A stretch of DNA of 64,000 nt from Candidatus Wildermuthbacteria bacterium (GCA_016181405.1 JACOZJ010000005.1:25309-89308); one strand, 5' to 3'. Shown: positions 1 to 9,198, counted from the first letter of the stretch. The notes: generated by a model not told the origin, from the letters alone. A program made the numbers and translations.

Positions 1-64
1 AAATTGACAAAGAGGGTAAAAGAGCGTAATTCTAAAGCAGCAATTTGGTATCCTGAGGTGAGCA

Positions 65-958
65 ATGGTTGGCAGTAGCATCTGGACAATATGGGCTCGT
101 GCTTGCTGGCGTTGCGGTGGGGATTTACATGACGGCGAAGCTATCGGCAACTACTACTTCATTTCCTGCGTTCAGTGCGGGCATGAGCTTACCCCGTACG
201 AAATGGCAGAATTCCTCCGTAGGGTGAGACAACTTTCAGCCCATTCAAACAATAATGGGGTATCAAGAGAAGGAGAAGTTAGGGCCAGGGCAGGTCCGGT
301 TCCTCTCCGAGAAAACAGTAAATATCAGGAGGGTAAGATGCCTCGGTTAATTTCACAAGAGCAGAAGGATAGGGTTTTGCACCTACGATTTGAAAAGGAG
401 GTGGAGAATGTTGCTGAGATTGTCCGCCAGGTGGGCATCAGTCGATCGACGGTCGACAAAATAATCCGGGGGGAGGAAAAGAAGCGGGAAAAGCAACCCG
501 CAAGAGCACAAACTTTGGTTCCGGGTGTTGCGGCGCCTGAAGTCGCGACAACGGATTTGAAGAACCCGAAGCCCGAAGCAGTGACCGCGCCGCCGGCAGC
601 GATTCAAGTTCCGGCGCTGGAAGTTCCGCCGCCGAAAGACGGCGCAAACAGGCAAGGCGAAGATAGGATGTACGCCGTGGTGCGGGCCGGGTTCTCCGCC
701 CTCGGGAAGGATCCGAAATCCCGCCGCCAAGGCCTCAAACTTCTCATCAGTGAGGCAGACAAGTTAGGTGTAACGCTTGAGCGGCAGCGCGGTGTGATAT
801 CGCAGCTGCAAGAGAAGAGCCGCGGGATTGAAGAACAGCTGGAAGAAGCGACGAGGAGGGATCAGGAACTCGCAGAGGCCTGCCGTATCCTCATGACGGC
901 AATGCGCGCTCTCCTCGCCCAAGAGATCGAAGCTATGCGCTCGAGCAATAGCGCATAG
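65..958 (+). CDS. hypothetical protein with N-terminal zinc ribbon, HTH-like segment, Pro/Ala-rich linker and C-terminal coiled coil
   Basis: 297-aa ORF. CWRCGG...CVQCGH is a CxxC..CxxC pattern and VAEIVRQVGISRSTVDKIIRG looks like an HTH. GAGGTG lies just upstream of the ATG. Visibly GC-rich compared with 1.0-6.6 kb. Confidence 0.6.
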   Translation: MVGSSIWTIWARACWRCGGDLHDGEAIGNYYFISCVQCGHELTPYEMAEFLRRVRQLSAHSNNNGVSREGEVRARAGPVPLRENSKYQEGKMPRLISQEQKDRVLHLRFEKEVENVAEIVRQVGISRSTVDKIIRGEEKKREKQPARAQTLVPGVAAPEVATTDLKNPKPEAVTAPPAAIQVPALEVPPPKDGANRQGEDRMYAVVRAGFSALGKDPKSRRQGLKLLISEADKLGVTLERQRGVISQLQEKSRGIEEQLEEATRRDQELAEACRILMTAMRALLAQEIEAMRSSNSA

Positions 959-968
959 CATATACGCC

Positions 969-997
969 AGCCCGACCTTAAAGGCCGGGTCTTTTTT
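969..997 (+). terminator. rho-independent terminator-like hairpin
   Basis: Imperfect GC stem (CCCGACC / GGCCGGG), 5-nt loop, then a T7 run directly after the stop at 958. Confidence 0.5.
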
Positions 998-1005
998 TGG
1001 TATAA
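997..1005 (+). promoter_or_regulatory. extended -10 element (TGgTATAAT) placed for a leaderless start
   Basis: TGGTATAAT ends 7 nt before the ATG at 1013, and no SD fits in the gap. Confidence 0.4.
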
Positions 1006-1012
1006 TAAGATT

Positions 1013-2161
1013 ATGTATAGGGGTGTTGCGACATTTACGTTGGATACGGGGCGCTGCCCGCCATGGCTGTTTGAACGCATGGTGAAGTTAGGCCGCGAGA
1101 TGACGCGCGTACTCGTCGAGGAATATGGTCCAGATGAGTATATTAAACGCATTGCAGATCCAGTGTGGTTTCAGTCATTGGGCACGGTGCTTGCGTTTGA
1201 CTGGAACGCGTCTGGGTTAACAACGATTTTGACCGCGGCGCTCAAAGAGGGTATTCGTGGGCAGGAGCGTGAATTGGGTATCTTTATTGCCGGCGGCAAA
1301 GGAAAAACTTCCCGCAAAACCCCCGATCAGATCCATGAATGGGGAGAACGATTAAGTTTGGCGCCTTCGCATGTGAATAATCTCGAATACAACTCGCGCA
1401 TGGCAGCAAAGGTAGATTCATCTTTGGTTCAAGATGGCTATCAGTTGTATCACCATAGTTTCTTTTTCTCGCGAAATGGCGCTTGGGCGGTAGTCCAGCA
1501 GGGAATGAACCAAAACAACCAGACAGCTCGGCGGTACCATTGGTTTTCCGAGAGCGCAAAAGATTTGGTATGCGAACCGCATTCAGGAATTTCCTCACAA
1601 GTATTTGGCAAGCGCGTCATGAACTTGGTTTCGAAAGACAGCGCGAAAACCCGAGCTCTTTCCACGGAAATGGTACAAGGGAGCTATGATACTCTTTTGA
1701 AAGACATTCAACTTTTGCGGAAACACTACACCCCTGTATCGAGAGTAGTATTATTCAGAAAGGGCGCAGACACGCTTACGCTTGCTGCTCTCGACGGAGT
1801 GGAATTTAAGCACCATTCCGTGGAGCTCGAGGATTTTTCCAAAAGCAAGTATTTAGAGAAGATTCTGTCAAAGGTTTCCTATGAACAGCCAGACACATAC
1901 GAGAAATTAGTGGCAACAGAAGGCGTTGGCCCAAAAACCATTCGCGCCTTATCCTTGGTGGCGGAGATTATTTATGGAGCTTCGCCTTCGTATGAAGACC
2001 CCGCGCGCTATAGCTTTGCGCATGGAGGAAAGGACGCCACGCCGTATCCCGTGGACAGGGCAACATACGACCAAACGATTTCGGTGCTGCAAAATGCCGT
2101 CCGCCGCACCCGACTTGCGCCACCCGAAAAAGATAAGATATTACGGAGATTATATGGTTGA
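1013..2161 (+). CDS. DUF763 family protein
   Basis: 382 aa. The N-terminus ...CPPWLFERMVKLGREMTRVLVEEYGPDEY... matches my recollection of the conserved DUF763 N-terminal motif. Ends with TGA. Confidence 0.7.
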   Translation: MYRGVATFTLDTGRCPPWLFERMVKLGREMTRVLVEEYGPDEYIKRIADPVWFQSLGTVLAFDWNASGLTTILTAALKEGIRGQERELGIFIAGGKGKTSRKTPDQIHEWGERLSLAPSHVNNLEYNSRMAAKVDSSLVQDGYQLYHHSFFFSRNGAWAVVQQGMNQNNQTARRYHWFSESAKDLVCEPHSGISSQVFGKRVMNLVSKDSAKTRALSTEMVQGSYDTLLKDIQLLRKHYTPVSRVVLFRKGADTLTLAALDGVEFKHHSVELEDFSKSKYLEKILSKVSYEQPDTYEKLVATEGVGPKTIRALSLVAEIIYGASPSYEDPARYSFAHGGKDATPYPVDRATYDQTISVLQNAVRRTRLAPPEKDKILRRLYG

Positions 2162-2199
2162 CATACTTAATAATCCAATTTCCAAAACGTTTCCCTTTG

Positions 2200-2325
2200 C
2201 TCGATCGCTTTCGTTTTCCTTGCGCTTTACCCCTCCTTCGGAGTGGACCCTCGCGGCTGCGGAGAAACGAAAACGATCTCGCTTCGGGGCATTCGTATAT
2301 TCGTATTAATTCGTAATTCGTAGAG
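2200..2325 (+). repeat. intergenic hairpin repeat, copy 1 (diverged), with a 3' extension of four ATTCGTA heptamers
   Basis: The core at 2200-2281 is alignable to 27378-27457 and 40062-40141. Arms GATCGCTTTCGTTTTCC / GGAGAAACGAAAACGATC with an apical CTCC-TTC-GGAG hairpin. ATTCGTA occurs at 2291, 2299, 2309 and 2316. The element ends 3 nt before the ATG at 2329. Confidence 0.8.
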
Positions 2326-2328
2326 GAT

Positions 2329-2748
2329 ATGAAACTTATTTTACAAGACAAAAGCAAATATGTATTGAGAGCCGATGTGGGAGAAGAGGTCATCGAGAGT
2401 CTGGCAAAGTTTTGCAGGCAGGAAAATATCGATGCTGCAAAGTTTTTCGCCATTGGGGCGGCAAAAGAGCTGAAGCTTGGATGGTATGATGTGGATGCGA
2501 AAGAATACACGTGGAAGGAATTTTCAGAAAAACTCGAAATAGTCAGCCTTCTTGGCAATGTTTCCTGGAAAGAGAATGAGATTATCGTGCACGCGCACGG
2601 CAGTTTCTCAAACCAACAAATGCAGCTTGTGGGCGGACATGTGGCACGACTTCTCGTGGGCGGCGCCTGCGAGATTGTTCTGGAAAAACTCGAAGGCCGC
2701 ATCGAGAAAGTGTATGATGAAGAAACCGGCCTTTACCTTATGCAATAA
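2329..2748 (+). CDS. PPC (DUF296) domain protein, PD1-like DNA-binding fold
   Basis: 139 aa. The pattern EIVSLLGNVS...IIVHAHGSF...GGHV and the length are typical of DUF296/PPC proteins. Confidence 0.6.
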   Translation: MKLILQDKSKYVLRADVGEEVIESLAKFCRQENIDAAKFFAIGAAKELKLGWYDVDAKEYTWKEFSEKLEIVSLLGNVSWKENEIIVHAHGSFSNQQMQLVGGHVARLLVGGACEIVLEKLEGRIEKVYDEETGLYLMQ

Positions 2749-2753
2749 ATAAT

Positions 2754-3413
2754 ATGAAGATTTATTTTCAAATTTCAATAAACAAAGTTATCCGAACCCT
2801 TATTACGAGCGACCTTGCGCTGTCTGCGGGGTGGGGATTCCTTGCTCCTATTTTCGCTGTGTTTATTATTAACCAAATCGAGGGCGGGGATGTAAGCGTG
2901 GTGGGGTTTGCCGTGGGCCTCTACTGGATTGTAAAGTCAATTGTCCAGCCCTTTCTCGCGCATTATCTCGACCGGAATCATGGCGAGATTGATGATTTTT
3001 ATTTTCTTGTCGCGGGATTATTTGTCGCAGGCTTGGTACCATTAGGATATCTTTTTATCACTCAGCCGTGGCAGCTCTATCTTTTGGAATTTATTCACGC
3101 GATCGCTCTGGCGTGCGCCGTCCCAACATGGGCGGGAATTTTTACCCGCCATATCGACAAGGGGCAAGAGGCCTTTGAATGGAGTATCGAAAGCACTGCG
3201 TTGGGGTTTGGCGCTGGCATTGCGGGAATGCTCGGGGGTGTTCTTGCAGAAACAGTTGGGTTTGAAGCGATATTCATTCTGGTAAGCGTATTCTCTATGT
3301 TTGCTGTTGTTATTCTTTTTCCTGTCCGGCATTTGATTATGCCGAGGGGGAAAGGTTTGGTACGGCCTGCGATGAGAAAGCCTCCGTTTTCAGAAGAAAC
3401 CAGCGCTTTTTAG
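2754..3413 (+). CDS. 6-TM membrane protein, MFS-like half transporter
   Basis: 219 aa with about 6 hydrophobic helices. Its loops resemble the second half of MFS permeases. No full 12-TM unit is present. Confidence 0.45.
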   Translation: MKIYFQISINKVIRTLITSDLALSAGWGFLAPIFAVFIINQIEGGDVSVVGFAVGLYWIVKSIVQPFLAHYLDRNHGEIDDFYFLVAGLFVAGLVPLGYLFITQPWQLYLLEFIHAIALACAVPTWAGIFTRHIDKGQEAFEWSIESTALGFGAGIAGMLGGVLAETVGFEAIFILVSVFSMFAVVILFPVRHLIMPRGKGLVRPAMRKPPFSEETSAF

Positions 3414-3426
3414 GCAATTCGCCACC

Positions 3427-3828
3427 ATGGAAGAAATTATCATTCGCACAACAAAAGACCGCGAGATTATTGATATTACCCAGGAGATTCAGAAACTCGT
3501 GAAAGCGAAAGCGATTCGAAATGGAATATGCAATCTTTTTATTCTTCACACCACGGCCGCTTTGACGACTGCAGATTTGGATTTTGGCACCGAACAGGAT
3601 TTCCTCGACGCGTTTGAGGCTTTAATTCCCAAGCTGCACTATCGCCATCCGCACAATCCAGCCCACGTGAAAGACCATATTATGGCCACAATTTTGGGGC
3701 CGTCTCTTACGCTGCCTATTGAGGAAGGCGAGCTTCTTGTCGGCGCGTGGCAGAGGATTATTTTGGTGGAGCTTGGCGGCCCAAGAGAGCGCAACGTTGT
3801 GGTTTCATTCTCAAACGTGATAGAGTAA
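3427..3828 (+). CDS. YjbQ/UPF0047 family protein (secondary thiamine-phosphate synthase-like)
   Basis: 133 aa. ...DITQEIQ...GICNLFILHTTAALTTADLD...HIMATILGPSLTLPIEEGELLVGAWQRIILVEL... is the characteristic UPF0047 pattern. Confidence 0.8.
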   Translation: MEEIIIRTTKDREIIDITQEIQKLVKAKAIRNGICNLFILHTTAALTTADLDFGTEQDFLDAFEALIPKLHYRHPHNPAHVKDHIMATILGPSLTLPIEEGELLVGAWQRIILVELGGPRERNVVVSFSNVIE

Positions 3829-3835
3829 GAATGTT

Positions 3836-4612
3836 ATGAGTAAATATTACAATGGGAAAAGAGGCGCAAGAGGTCTCTTTAATCCCGATTCAAAAGAGCC
3901 TTTTACTTTGAGCCGGACCAAATTAGACCTTTTTATAAACTGCCCGCGCTGTTTTTATATTGACCAGCGATTGGGAGTTGGCCAGCCGCCTGGGTATCCA
4001 TTTAGCTTAAACTCCGCGGTCGATGCGCTTTTGAAAAAAGAGTTCGATATTCATCGCGCAAATCACTCTTCGCATCCGCTTATGGAGGCATACGGGATAG
4101 ACGCGGTGCCTTTTGAGCACGAACGCATGGAAGAATGGCGCGATTCGCTTCGGCGGGGAGTGAAGTTTTTGCACGAGCCGACAAATTTCATTCTGCGCGG
4201 AGGCATAGATGATGTTTGGGTAAATCCAAAAGGCGAGCTTCACGTCGTGGATTATAAAGCCACTTCCAAGAACGGCGAAGTGGGGATAGATGCTGAATGG
4301 CAGGGCGGATACAAGCGGCAGATAGAGGTGTATCAATGGCTTTTCCGAAAAAATGGATTTGAAGTTTCCAATATTGGATATTTTGTTTACGCGAACGGGC
4401 GCACCGATGCCGCGGCCTTCGACAAAAAGCTTGAGTTTGATATAAAAATTATCCCTTATGAGGGCAACGACTCCTGGGTAGAGGATGCTTTGGTGAAAGC
4501 TCGCAAAACATTGGAGTCTGACGCTCTGCCCGAGGCGAATATGGAGTGCGATTATTGCTTGTACCGAAAATCGGTGCAGGATGCCCTCGGCCCTTTCCAA
4601 AAGAAAGAGTGA
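3836..4612 (+). CDS. PD-(D/E)XK nuclease family protein (RecB/Cas4-like fold)
   Basis: 258 aa. Contains GGIDDVWV...HVVDYKATSK (a D..D/ExK core), QIEVYQWLF, and a C-terminal Cys pair CDYCLY. Confidence 0.65.
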   Translation: MSKYYNGKRGARGLFNPDSKEPFTLSRTKLDLFINCPRCFYIDQRLGVGQPPGYPFSLNSAVDALLKKEFDIHRANHSSHPLMEAYGIDAVPFEHERMEEWRDSLRRGVKFLHEPTNFILRGGIDDVWVNPKGELHVVDYKATSKNGEVGIDAEWQGGYKRQIEVYQWLFRKNGFEVSNIGYFVYANGRTDAAAFDKKLEFDIKIIPYEGNDSWVEDALVKARKTLESDALPEANMECDYCLYRKSVQDALGPFQKKE

Positions 4613-4640
4613 TAAGTATGGAATAAGTGAGGTTTATAGG

Positions 4641-4668
4641 TTGACACCATATGGTATCTGCCTATAAT
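4641..4668 (+). promoter_or_regulatory. consensus sigma-70 promoter (TTGACA-16-TATAAT)
   Basis: TTGACA at 4641-4646 and TATAAT at 4663-4668. The ATG at 4676 lies 7 nt after the -10, which implies a leaderless transcript. Confidence 0.55.
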
Positions 4669-4675
4669 GAAATAT

Positions 4676-4900
4676 ATGGATCAAGAGAAAGGAGTTACAA
4701 TAGACGATTTGGCTCGGATGGTGCAAAAAGGATTTGAAGAGACTGCAAAGACAAGCGAAGTACGTGTGGAGTTTGACGAAGTTAAGGAGCGGCTCGATCG
4801 CATCGAGAATATTCTGCTTGCAGAGAATCGCCGAAGAATCGAAAAACTTGAAGATCAAATGCGCGAGGTTCGCGATGCACTGGCAATGAACAATAAATAG
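4676..4900 (+). CDS. small coiled-coil protein (paralog of 35157-35279)
   Basis: The ORF track starts at 4667, inside the -10 box, so the ATG at 4676 (MDQEKG...) is more plausible. It shares RRRIEKLEDQ and near-identical DNA with the mini-gene at 35157. Confidence 0.5.
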   Translation: MDQEKGVTIDDLARMVQKGFEETAKTSEVRVEFDEVKERLDRIENILLAENRRRIEKLEDQMREVRDALAMNNK

Positions 4901-4925
4901 AATTTTCCCCTCGTAAACACGATAG

Positions 4926-4950
4926 CTGCGCAAATGCGCAGTTTTGTTTT
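4926..4950 (+). terminator. rho-independent terminator
   Basis: CTGCGCA-AA-TGCGCAG stem-loop followed by TTTTGTTTT. Confidence 0.6.
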
Positions 4951-4976
4951 ACAGAAATATAATGTACATTGGGATT

Positions 4977-5873
4977 ATGAAGCAGGTGAGCTTTACGCAG
5001 TTGATGACGTATGTGCGATGCCCGGAGCACTATTTGTTTCGTTATGTGTTGGGAATCCGCCGCCAGCCGCGCAAGGTTTTCAAACATGGTTTTGCTATGC
5101 ACGAAACCTTGCAATATCACTTTGAGCAAAAGAAAGCAGACGGAAAGGGGATAGCGCTGGCTGAAGCAAAAGAGTTTTTTGTGGACTCTTTCGGAAGCGC
5201 GCTGGAGGATTATAAGCAGGAACTCGAAGAGGCGCGCCCGTATCTCACGCGGGAATATCTTTCAAAAGAAAAACACGTAAACGTAGGCGATATGATCGAC
5301 ACGGGATTGAAGGGACTCGAAGTATATTTTCGGCATTTGAATCCGTATATCGATCCGGATTTGGTGGAAGAGCCTTTCGCTTTTTCGGTGCGGCCGGGCC
5401 TTGAGGTGGTGGGCCGTATGGATCTTACCGATAAAAAAGACGTGATTCATGAGTTAAAGACAACAAGAGTTACGCCCAATCATCAGGATATTCGAACAGA
5501 CGCTCAAATTTCGATTTACCAAATCGGGTATAAAGAAGTTACTGGGCGCGCGCCAAAGGGTTTAAGCAAGGATTATATCGTGCTTTCAAAAAACAATTCA
5601 AAGATAGTTCGCTTTCGTGTGGTCCGGCCTTTTATCGATAAGAAAACAGTGTTGCGCAGCATAGAAACAATTATGGACGCCGTGCAAAAGAACATTTTTT
5701 TCTGTTTGCATCCCGCAGAATCCTGGATATGTTCCAAGGAATGGTGCGCGTATTACAAGCTTCACCAAGAAATCAAAAAACTTGGTTTCCAGGCGTTTAT
5801 GGAAAAATACGCCCCTCGCTACCACTCACGCCGGCAATCAAGTACGCTGGACACAAAAGGCAAAAATGCGTAG
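4977..5873 (+). CDS. PD-(D/E)XK nuclease family protein (second copy)
   Basis: The ORF is open from 4944. MKQVSFTQLMTYVRCPEHYLF looks like the family N-terminus. Also GRMDLTD...VIHELKTT (D..ExK), QISIYQIGY and C-terminal CSKEWCAYY. The start is uncertain. Confidence 0.6.
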   Translation: MKQVSFTQLMTYVRCPEHYLFRYVLGIRRQPRKVFKHGFAMHETLQYHFEQKKADGKGIALAEAKEFFVDSFGSALEDYKQELEEARPYLTREYLSKEKHVNVGDMIDTGLKGLEVYFRHLNPYIDPDLVEEPFAFSVRPGLEVVGRMDLTDKKDVIHELKTTRVTPNHQDIRTDAQISIYQIGYKEVTGRAPKGLSKDYIVLSKNNSKIVRFRVVRPFIDKKTVLRSIETIMDAVQKNIFFCLHPAESWICSKEWCAYYKLHQEIKKLGFQAFMEKYAPRYHSRRQSSTLDTKGKNA

Positions 5874-6606
5874 AATGGCAAAACGTATGCATGAATCTCA
5901 ATTTACGGTTATTGCGGTGGGCGGATCGCTCATTGTGCCGCATTTAACGGATACCGACGGCATTGATGTGCCGTTTTTAAAGGCATTTCGCAGGCTTTTG
6001 GTGCGAGAAATGAAGAGAAACAGGCAGTTTATCATTGTTCCTGGCGGTGGAAAGACATGCCGCGTGTACCAAAAAGCAGGGAGGCAGATTGTGAAAATGA
6101 GCAACAACGATTTGGACTGGATTGGTATTCACTCCACGCGGCTCAACGCGCAATTGCTCCGCACCATTTTCGGAAAAGAAGCGCATCCGGTGGTAATCGA
6201 TCACGATCCATCGGCCAAAGAAGTGGCCCAATTAAAACGCACCAAAAAGAAACTTTTTATTGCTTCCGGCTGGAAGCCGGGCTGGTCTACCGACTATATC
6301 GCGATGCGCCTGGCGCAGAAGTTTGGAGCCAAGGAAATGATGGATGCAGGCGACATAGATTTTGTGTACGATAAAGACCCTAAAAAATTCGAAGACGCAA
6401 AGCCGTTAGAAAAACTTTCGTGGAAAGAATACCGCAAGCTGATTCCTTCAAAATGGACGCCGGGGCTTGCCTCGCCCATTGATCCTATTGCCGCCCGGCT
6501 CGCGGAAAAAGCGCGCATTCAGGCAAAAATCATCAAAGGCACGAATCTGGAGAATATGAAAAAGGCAATCGAAGGGAAAGAGTTTGTGGGCACGGTAATA
6601 AGCTAA
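5866..6606 (+). CDS. pyrH: amino-acid-kinase fold protein, archaeal-type UMP kinase-like
   Basis: FTVIAVGGSLIV...FIIVPGGGKTCR...ASGWKPGWSTDYIA... matches the uridylate kinase family pattern. The start is ambiguous (5866, 5875 or 5887) and overlaps the previous gene. Confidence 0.65.
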   Translation: MRRMAKRMHESQFTVIAVGGSLIVPHLTDTDGIDVPFLKAFRRLLVREMKRNRQFIIVPGGGKTCRVYQKAGRQIVKMSNNDLDWIGIHSTRLNAQLLRTIFGKEAHPVVIDHDPSAKEVAQLKRTKKKLFIASGWKPGWSTDYIAMRLAQKFGAKEMMDAGDIDFVYDKDPKKFEDAKPLEKLSWKEYRKLIPSKWTPGLASPIDPIAARLAEKARIQAKIIKGTNLENMKKAIEGKEFVGTVIS

Positions 6607-6714
6607 ACCCTAACCATAAGCATAAAAACTTGCGCCTTTTGCCCTTGCGATATCCCTTCCCCATCTTTCGAAGAGTGGTGTTGCACTTGTAAGTTGAATC
6701 CAGGATACGTTACG

Positions 6715-6743
6715 TTGACAAAGTTAATATATTGTTTTATCAT
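6715..6743 (+). promoter_or_regulatory. sigma-70-type promoter (TTGACA-17-TATCAT)
   Basis: Lies upstream of the GC-rich island operon. An SD (GAGGAGG) at 6778-6784 precedes the ATG at 6791. Confidence 0.45.
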
Positions 6744-6790
6744 TCGGATGATGCTTGGAACCTTAATAACTTAAAACGAGGAGGCTTTTG

Positions 6791-8251
6791 ATGGAACGGA
6801 TAATCGAAATCCGTGAGCACGGCATTGTTGTCGTGAATATAGGCTTTGGCGAGCGTTCCGTCGAAGCCCGAAATCTTCTTGCGCAGATTGCGCATCTGGT
6901 CAGTTACGAAGACCCGTCGAGTAAGCAAATCATCTTCCGCATTGATGCTAAGTCTATCCGGCAAGCAGCCGAGTGGGGTGTTGATCGAAGAGTGATGCTT
7001 AGGAAGCTTAGAAATCTCTCAGGGCAGTTGCCCTCGCGACTCGTCGTAGATCAAGTCCATTGGCAGGTATGGCGGAGGGCGAAAGTCGGACAGGAGCCGG
7101 GCAAGTACAGTAGCCGGCTTTCTCGCCGACCGAACTTCTGGGGTCCTTTACGAATTGCTCAATCATTTTGGGTACTGAAGGCGTTCGGAAAACCTCTTAA
7201 TCCAATGAGCCTGCCGAACACGCTTCAAGCTGCTCTCTACAAAAACGGTGGTTGGTCTTTTCTCGTTGCCTATGCGGGGTTTGACCCCGAGCGTGAGGCT
7301 ATGGTAGCTGTGGAGCGCATCAGCTGGAGCGAGTCAGTGATAATAGCCAAGATGCGGGAGCTCAAAGAACAAGGCTCGCCCGTTCACGTAAGTTGGCTAC
7401 AACATCATGGCTACCTTACGCTCTACAACGCAATAAGGCGTTTCTTTGGTTCGTGGGCGGCAGCAGTTCGTGCTGCTGGTCTTGATCCTGAAAAAGAGTG
7501 GAGAGGAGCCCCACAACGTCTCTCGCGCGACGAAGTGGTAGGAAAGATGTTGGAGCGGAGGGCACAGGAAGAAAGCATTCGGCCCAAAGCCGTCCGGCTT
7601 TCTGACTATAACCTCTATGTTTCTGCACTCCTGCATTTTCGGACATGGCCAGAGCTCCTCTTTGCTATAGGAGTGGATCCGCAGGAGACGCTCTTTGCGT
7701 CGCACTCAAGAGAAGACATTGTTGCTGCCGTACAGAGACTCAAGGCAGGAGGGGAACCGATTAACAGTCGGTATCTCCGAGATGTCTATCCGAAGCTTGC
7801 GCACAGCATCCCTCATTACTTTGACTCGTGGGAGGAACTGGTGCGAGAAGCAGGGTTTGACCCTCAAGAGGAGCGACGACGCAGGAAGTGGACCAGAGAA
7901 GCCGTGATTGAAGATCTGCAGGTTCTCAAGAGGCGCGGGGAACCGATAAACTCGGGCTATCTGCAGAGATATTATGTCCCAATCGCAAGCGCCATTCAGA
8001 AGTACTACAATGGGTGGGAAAACGCAGTACGGGCGGCAGGGTTTGATCCTGAGCGGGAACGTTCTGTCGTTCGATGGAGCAAAGAGGTGATCATCGCAAA
8101 GATCAAGGCACTTTATCGGCGCGGAGAACCTGTGCACCATACCTATGTGCAGAAACATGATCGAGCCCTCGAGGGAGCGGTCCTCCGTTACTTCGACTCT
8201 TGGGATGAGATGCTCGCTGCGAGTGGACTCCAAAACAAAGGAGGTAATTGA
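6791..8251 (+). CDS. protein with about 6 tandem homing-endonuclease-associated repeats (HNH_repeat-like)
   Basis: A repeating unit of about 55-60 aa: W[ST]xExVIxxxxxLxxxGEPxxxxYLxxx...YFxSWxxAVRAAGFDPExE. No HNH catalytic domain was seen. Confidence 0.6.
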   Translation: MERIIEIREHGIVVVNIGFGERSVEARNLLAQIAHLVSYEDPSSKQIIFRIDAKSIRQAAEWGVDRRVMLRKLRNLSGQLPSRLVVDQVHWQVWRRAKVGQEPGKYSSRLSRRPNFWGPLRIAQSFWVLKAFGKPLNPMSLPNTLQAALYKNGGWSFLVAYAGFDPEREAMVAVERISWSESVIIAKMRELKEQGSPVHVSWLQHHGYLTLYNAIRRFFGSWAAAVRAAGLDPEKEWRGAPQRLSRDEVVGKMLERRAQEESIRPKAVRLSDYNLYVSALLHFRTWPELLFAIGVDPQETLFASHSREDIVAAVQRLKAGGEPINSRYLRDVYPKLAHSIPHYFDSWEELVREAGFDPQEERRRRKWTREAVIEDLQVLKRRGEPINSGYLQRYYVPIASAIQKYYNGWENAVRAAGFDPERERSVVRWSKEVIIAKIKALYRRGEPVHHTYVQKHDRALEGAVLRYFDSWDEMLAASGLQNKGGN

Positions 8252-9198
8252 TGCTGGAGATAGGGAAGATCGCCATTCAAGGTGAACTGAAGATGGTTCC
8301 AGTGGATGACCTCGTCGAGGATGTGCCCGTTGACGGTATCCATGTGGAAAACCTCCGGAAGACTCTCATCACTGATGGGCAGATCAGCCCCTTAGTGGTT
8401 TGGCTGGAACACCATCTGGTCATCGATGGTTTCCATCGTCTTCGTGCCATGAAACTGGCAGGCATCACCGAAGCTCTCTGTCTTCTCTACAGTTGCAGCG
8501 AAGAAACATTTTGGCATCTCCGCATCTTGAATGCGAGAATGCATCGCTCTGTAAGCTTTGCTCGCATTGTAGAATGGGTTCAGAAGAGTTTCCTTATCAC
8601 CCAGTGGGCAGACCGCATGGGGGCAGAGGAAGCGTTTCGCATGGGCCGGCGCGGGGCCGCTCCGAGCGTGGCCTTGACACCAGAAGAGCGCGAGGCACTC
8701 ACCGCATGGGTTCGACAAAAGGCTGCCCAATGGAATCTTGCGCCAGAGCGCGTGAGCGATATGCTGAAAATTAGGAGGTATACTTCGCTCCCGCTCCTGC
8801 GAGAAGTTCGAGATCAATCTACGCCTGGGGCTGTCACGGAGCAAAAGCTTCGCGCCGTAGTAACACGGGTCCGAGAGCCGATGCTCCAGAGCGCCTTGGT
8901 AGAAAAGATTAAGGCAGAACGTCTTTCCCTTCGGGAAGTGGAAGAACTTTCAGCCAAGATCGCAGAGGCAAAGACCGAGGAAGAGAAAGCTCGTCTCTTG
9001 AATGTGGAGGTGGAACGGACGAGACGAGGCTACGTAAATCAGTACAAGGAGGGAAGCATTGAGCACCTTCGCATGCAGGTAGTGGCAAATGCCGCAGAGC
9101 AGATCGCTAACTACCTTCCAAACCTCTCTCCCTCGCCGCTACTCGACGTACAGTTACGGCGGGCACAAGAGGCAATCAACCAGTACTTTGCCAAGTAA
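8251..9198 (+). CDS. ParB-like nuclease domain (ParB N-terminal/sulfiredoxin fold) protein
   Basis: The N-terminus ...ISPLVVWLEHHLVIDGFHRLRAMKLAG... matches the ParBc motif. The start overlaps the upstream stop (TGATG) and follows AAGGAGG. The C-terminus is helical and charged. Confidence 0.6.
   Translation: MLEIGKIAIQGELKMVPVDDLVEDVPVDGIHVENLRKTLITDGQISPLVVWLEHHLVIDGFHRLRAMKLAGITEALCLLYSCSEETFWHLRILNARMHRSVSFARIVEWVQKSFLITQWADRMGAEEAFRMGRRGAAPSVALTPEEREALTAWVRQKAAQWNLAPERVSDMLKIRRYTSLPLLREVRDQSTPGAVTEQKLRAVVTRVREPMLQSALVEKIKAERLSLREVEELSAKIAEAKTEEEKARLLNVEVERTRRGYVNQYKEGSIEHLRMQVVANAAEQIANYLPNLSPSPLLDVQLRRAQEAINQYFAK

Noticed and set aside
1968-2702. A 244-aa minus-strand ORF spanning the DUF763 3' end, the hairpin repeat and the PPC gene.
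   Set aside because: It overlaps two well-supported + strand genes and a non-coding repeat. Its composition is low-complexity and Ser-rich.
6640-6720. A tRNA-like T-arm string (GTTGAATCCAGG), and a similar GGGGTTGGATTCGCG near 11430.
   Set aside because: No acceptor, D-arm or anticodon stems can be paired around either string. I could not fold a cloverleaf.
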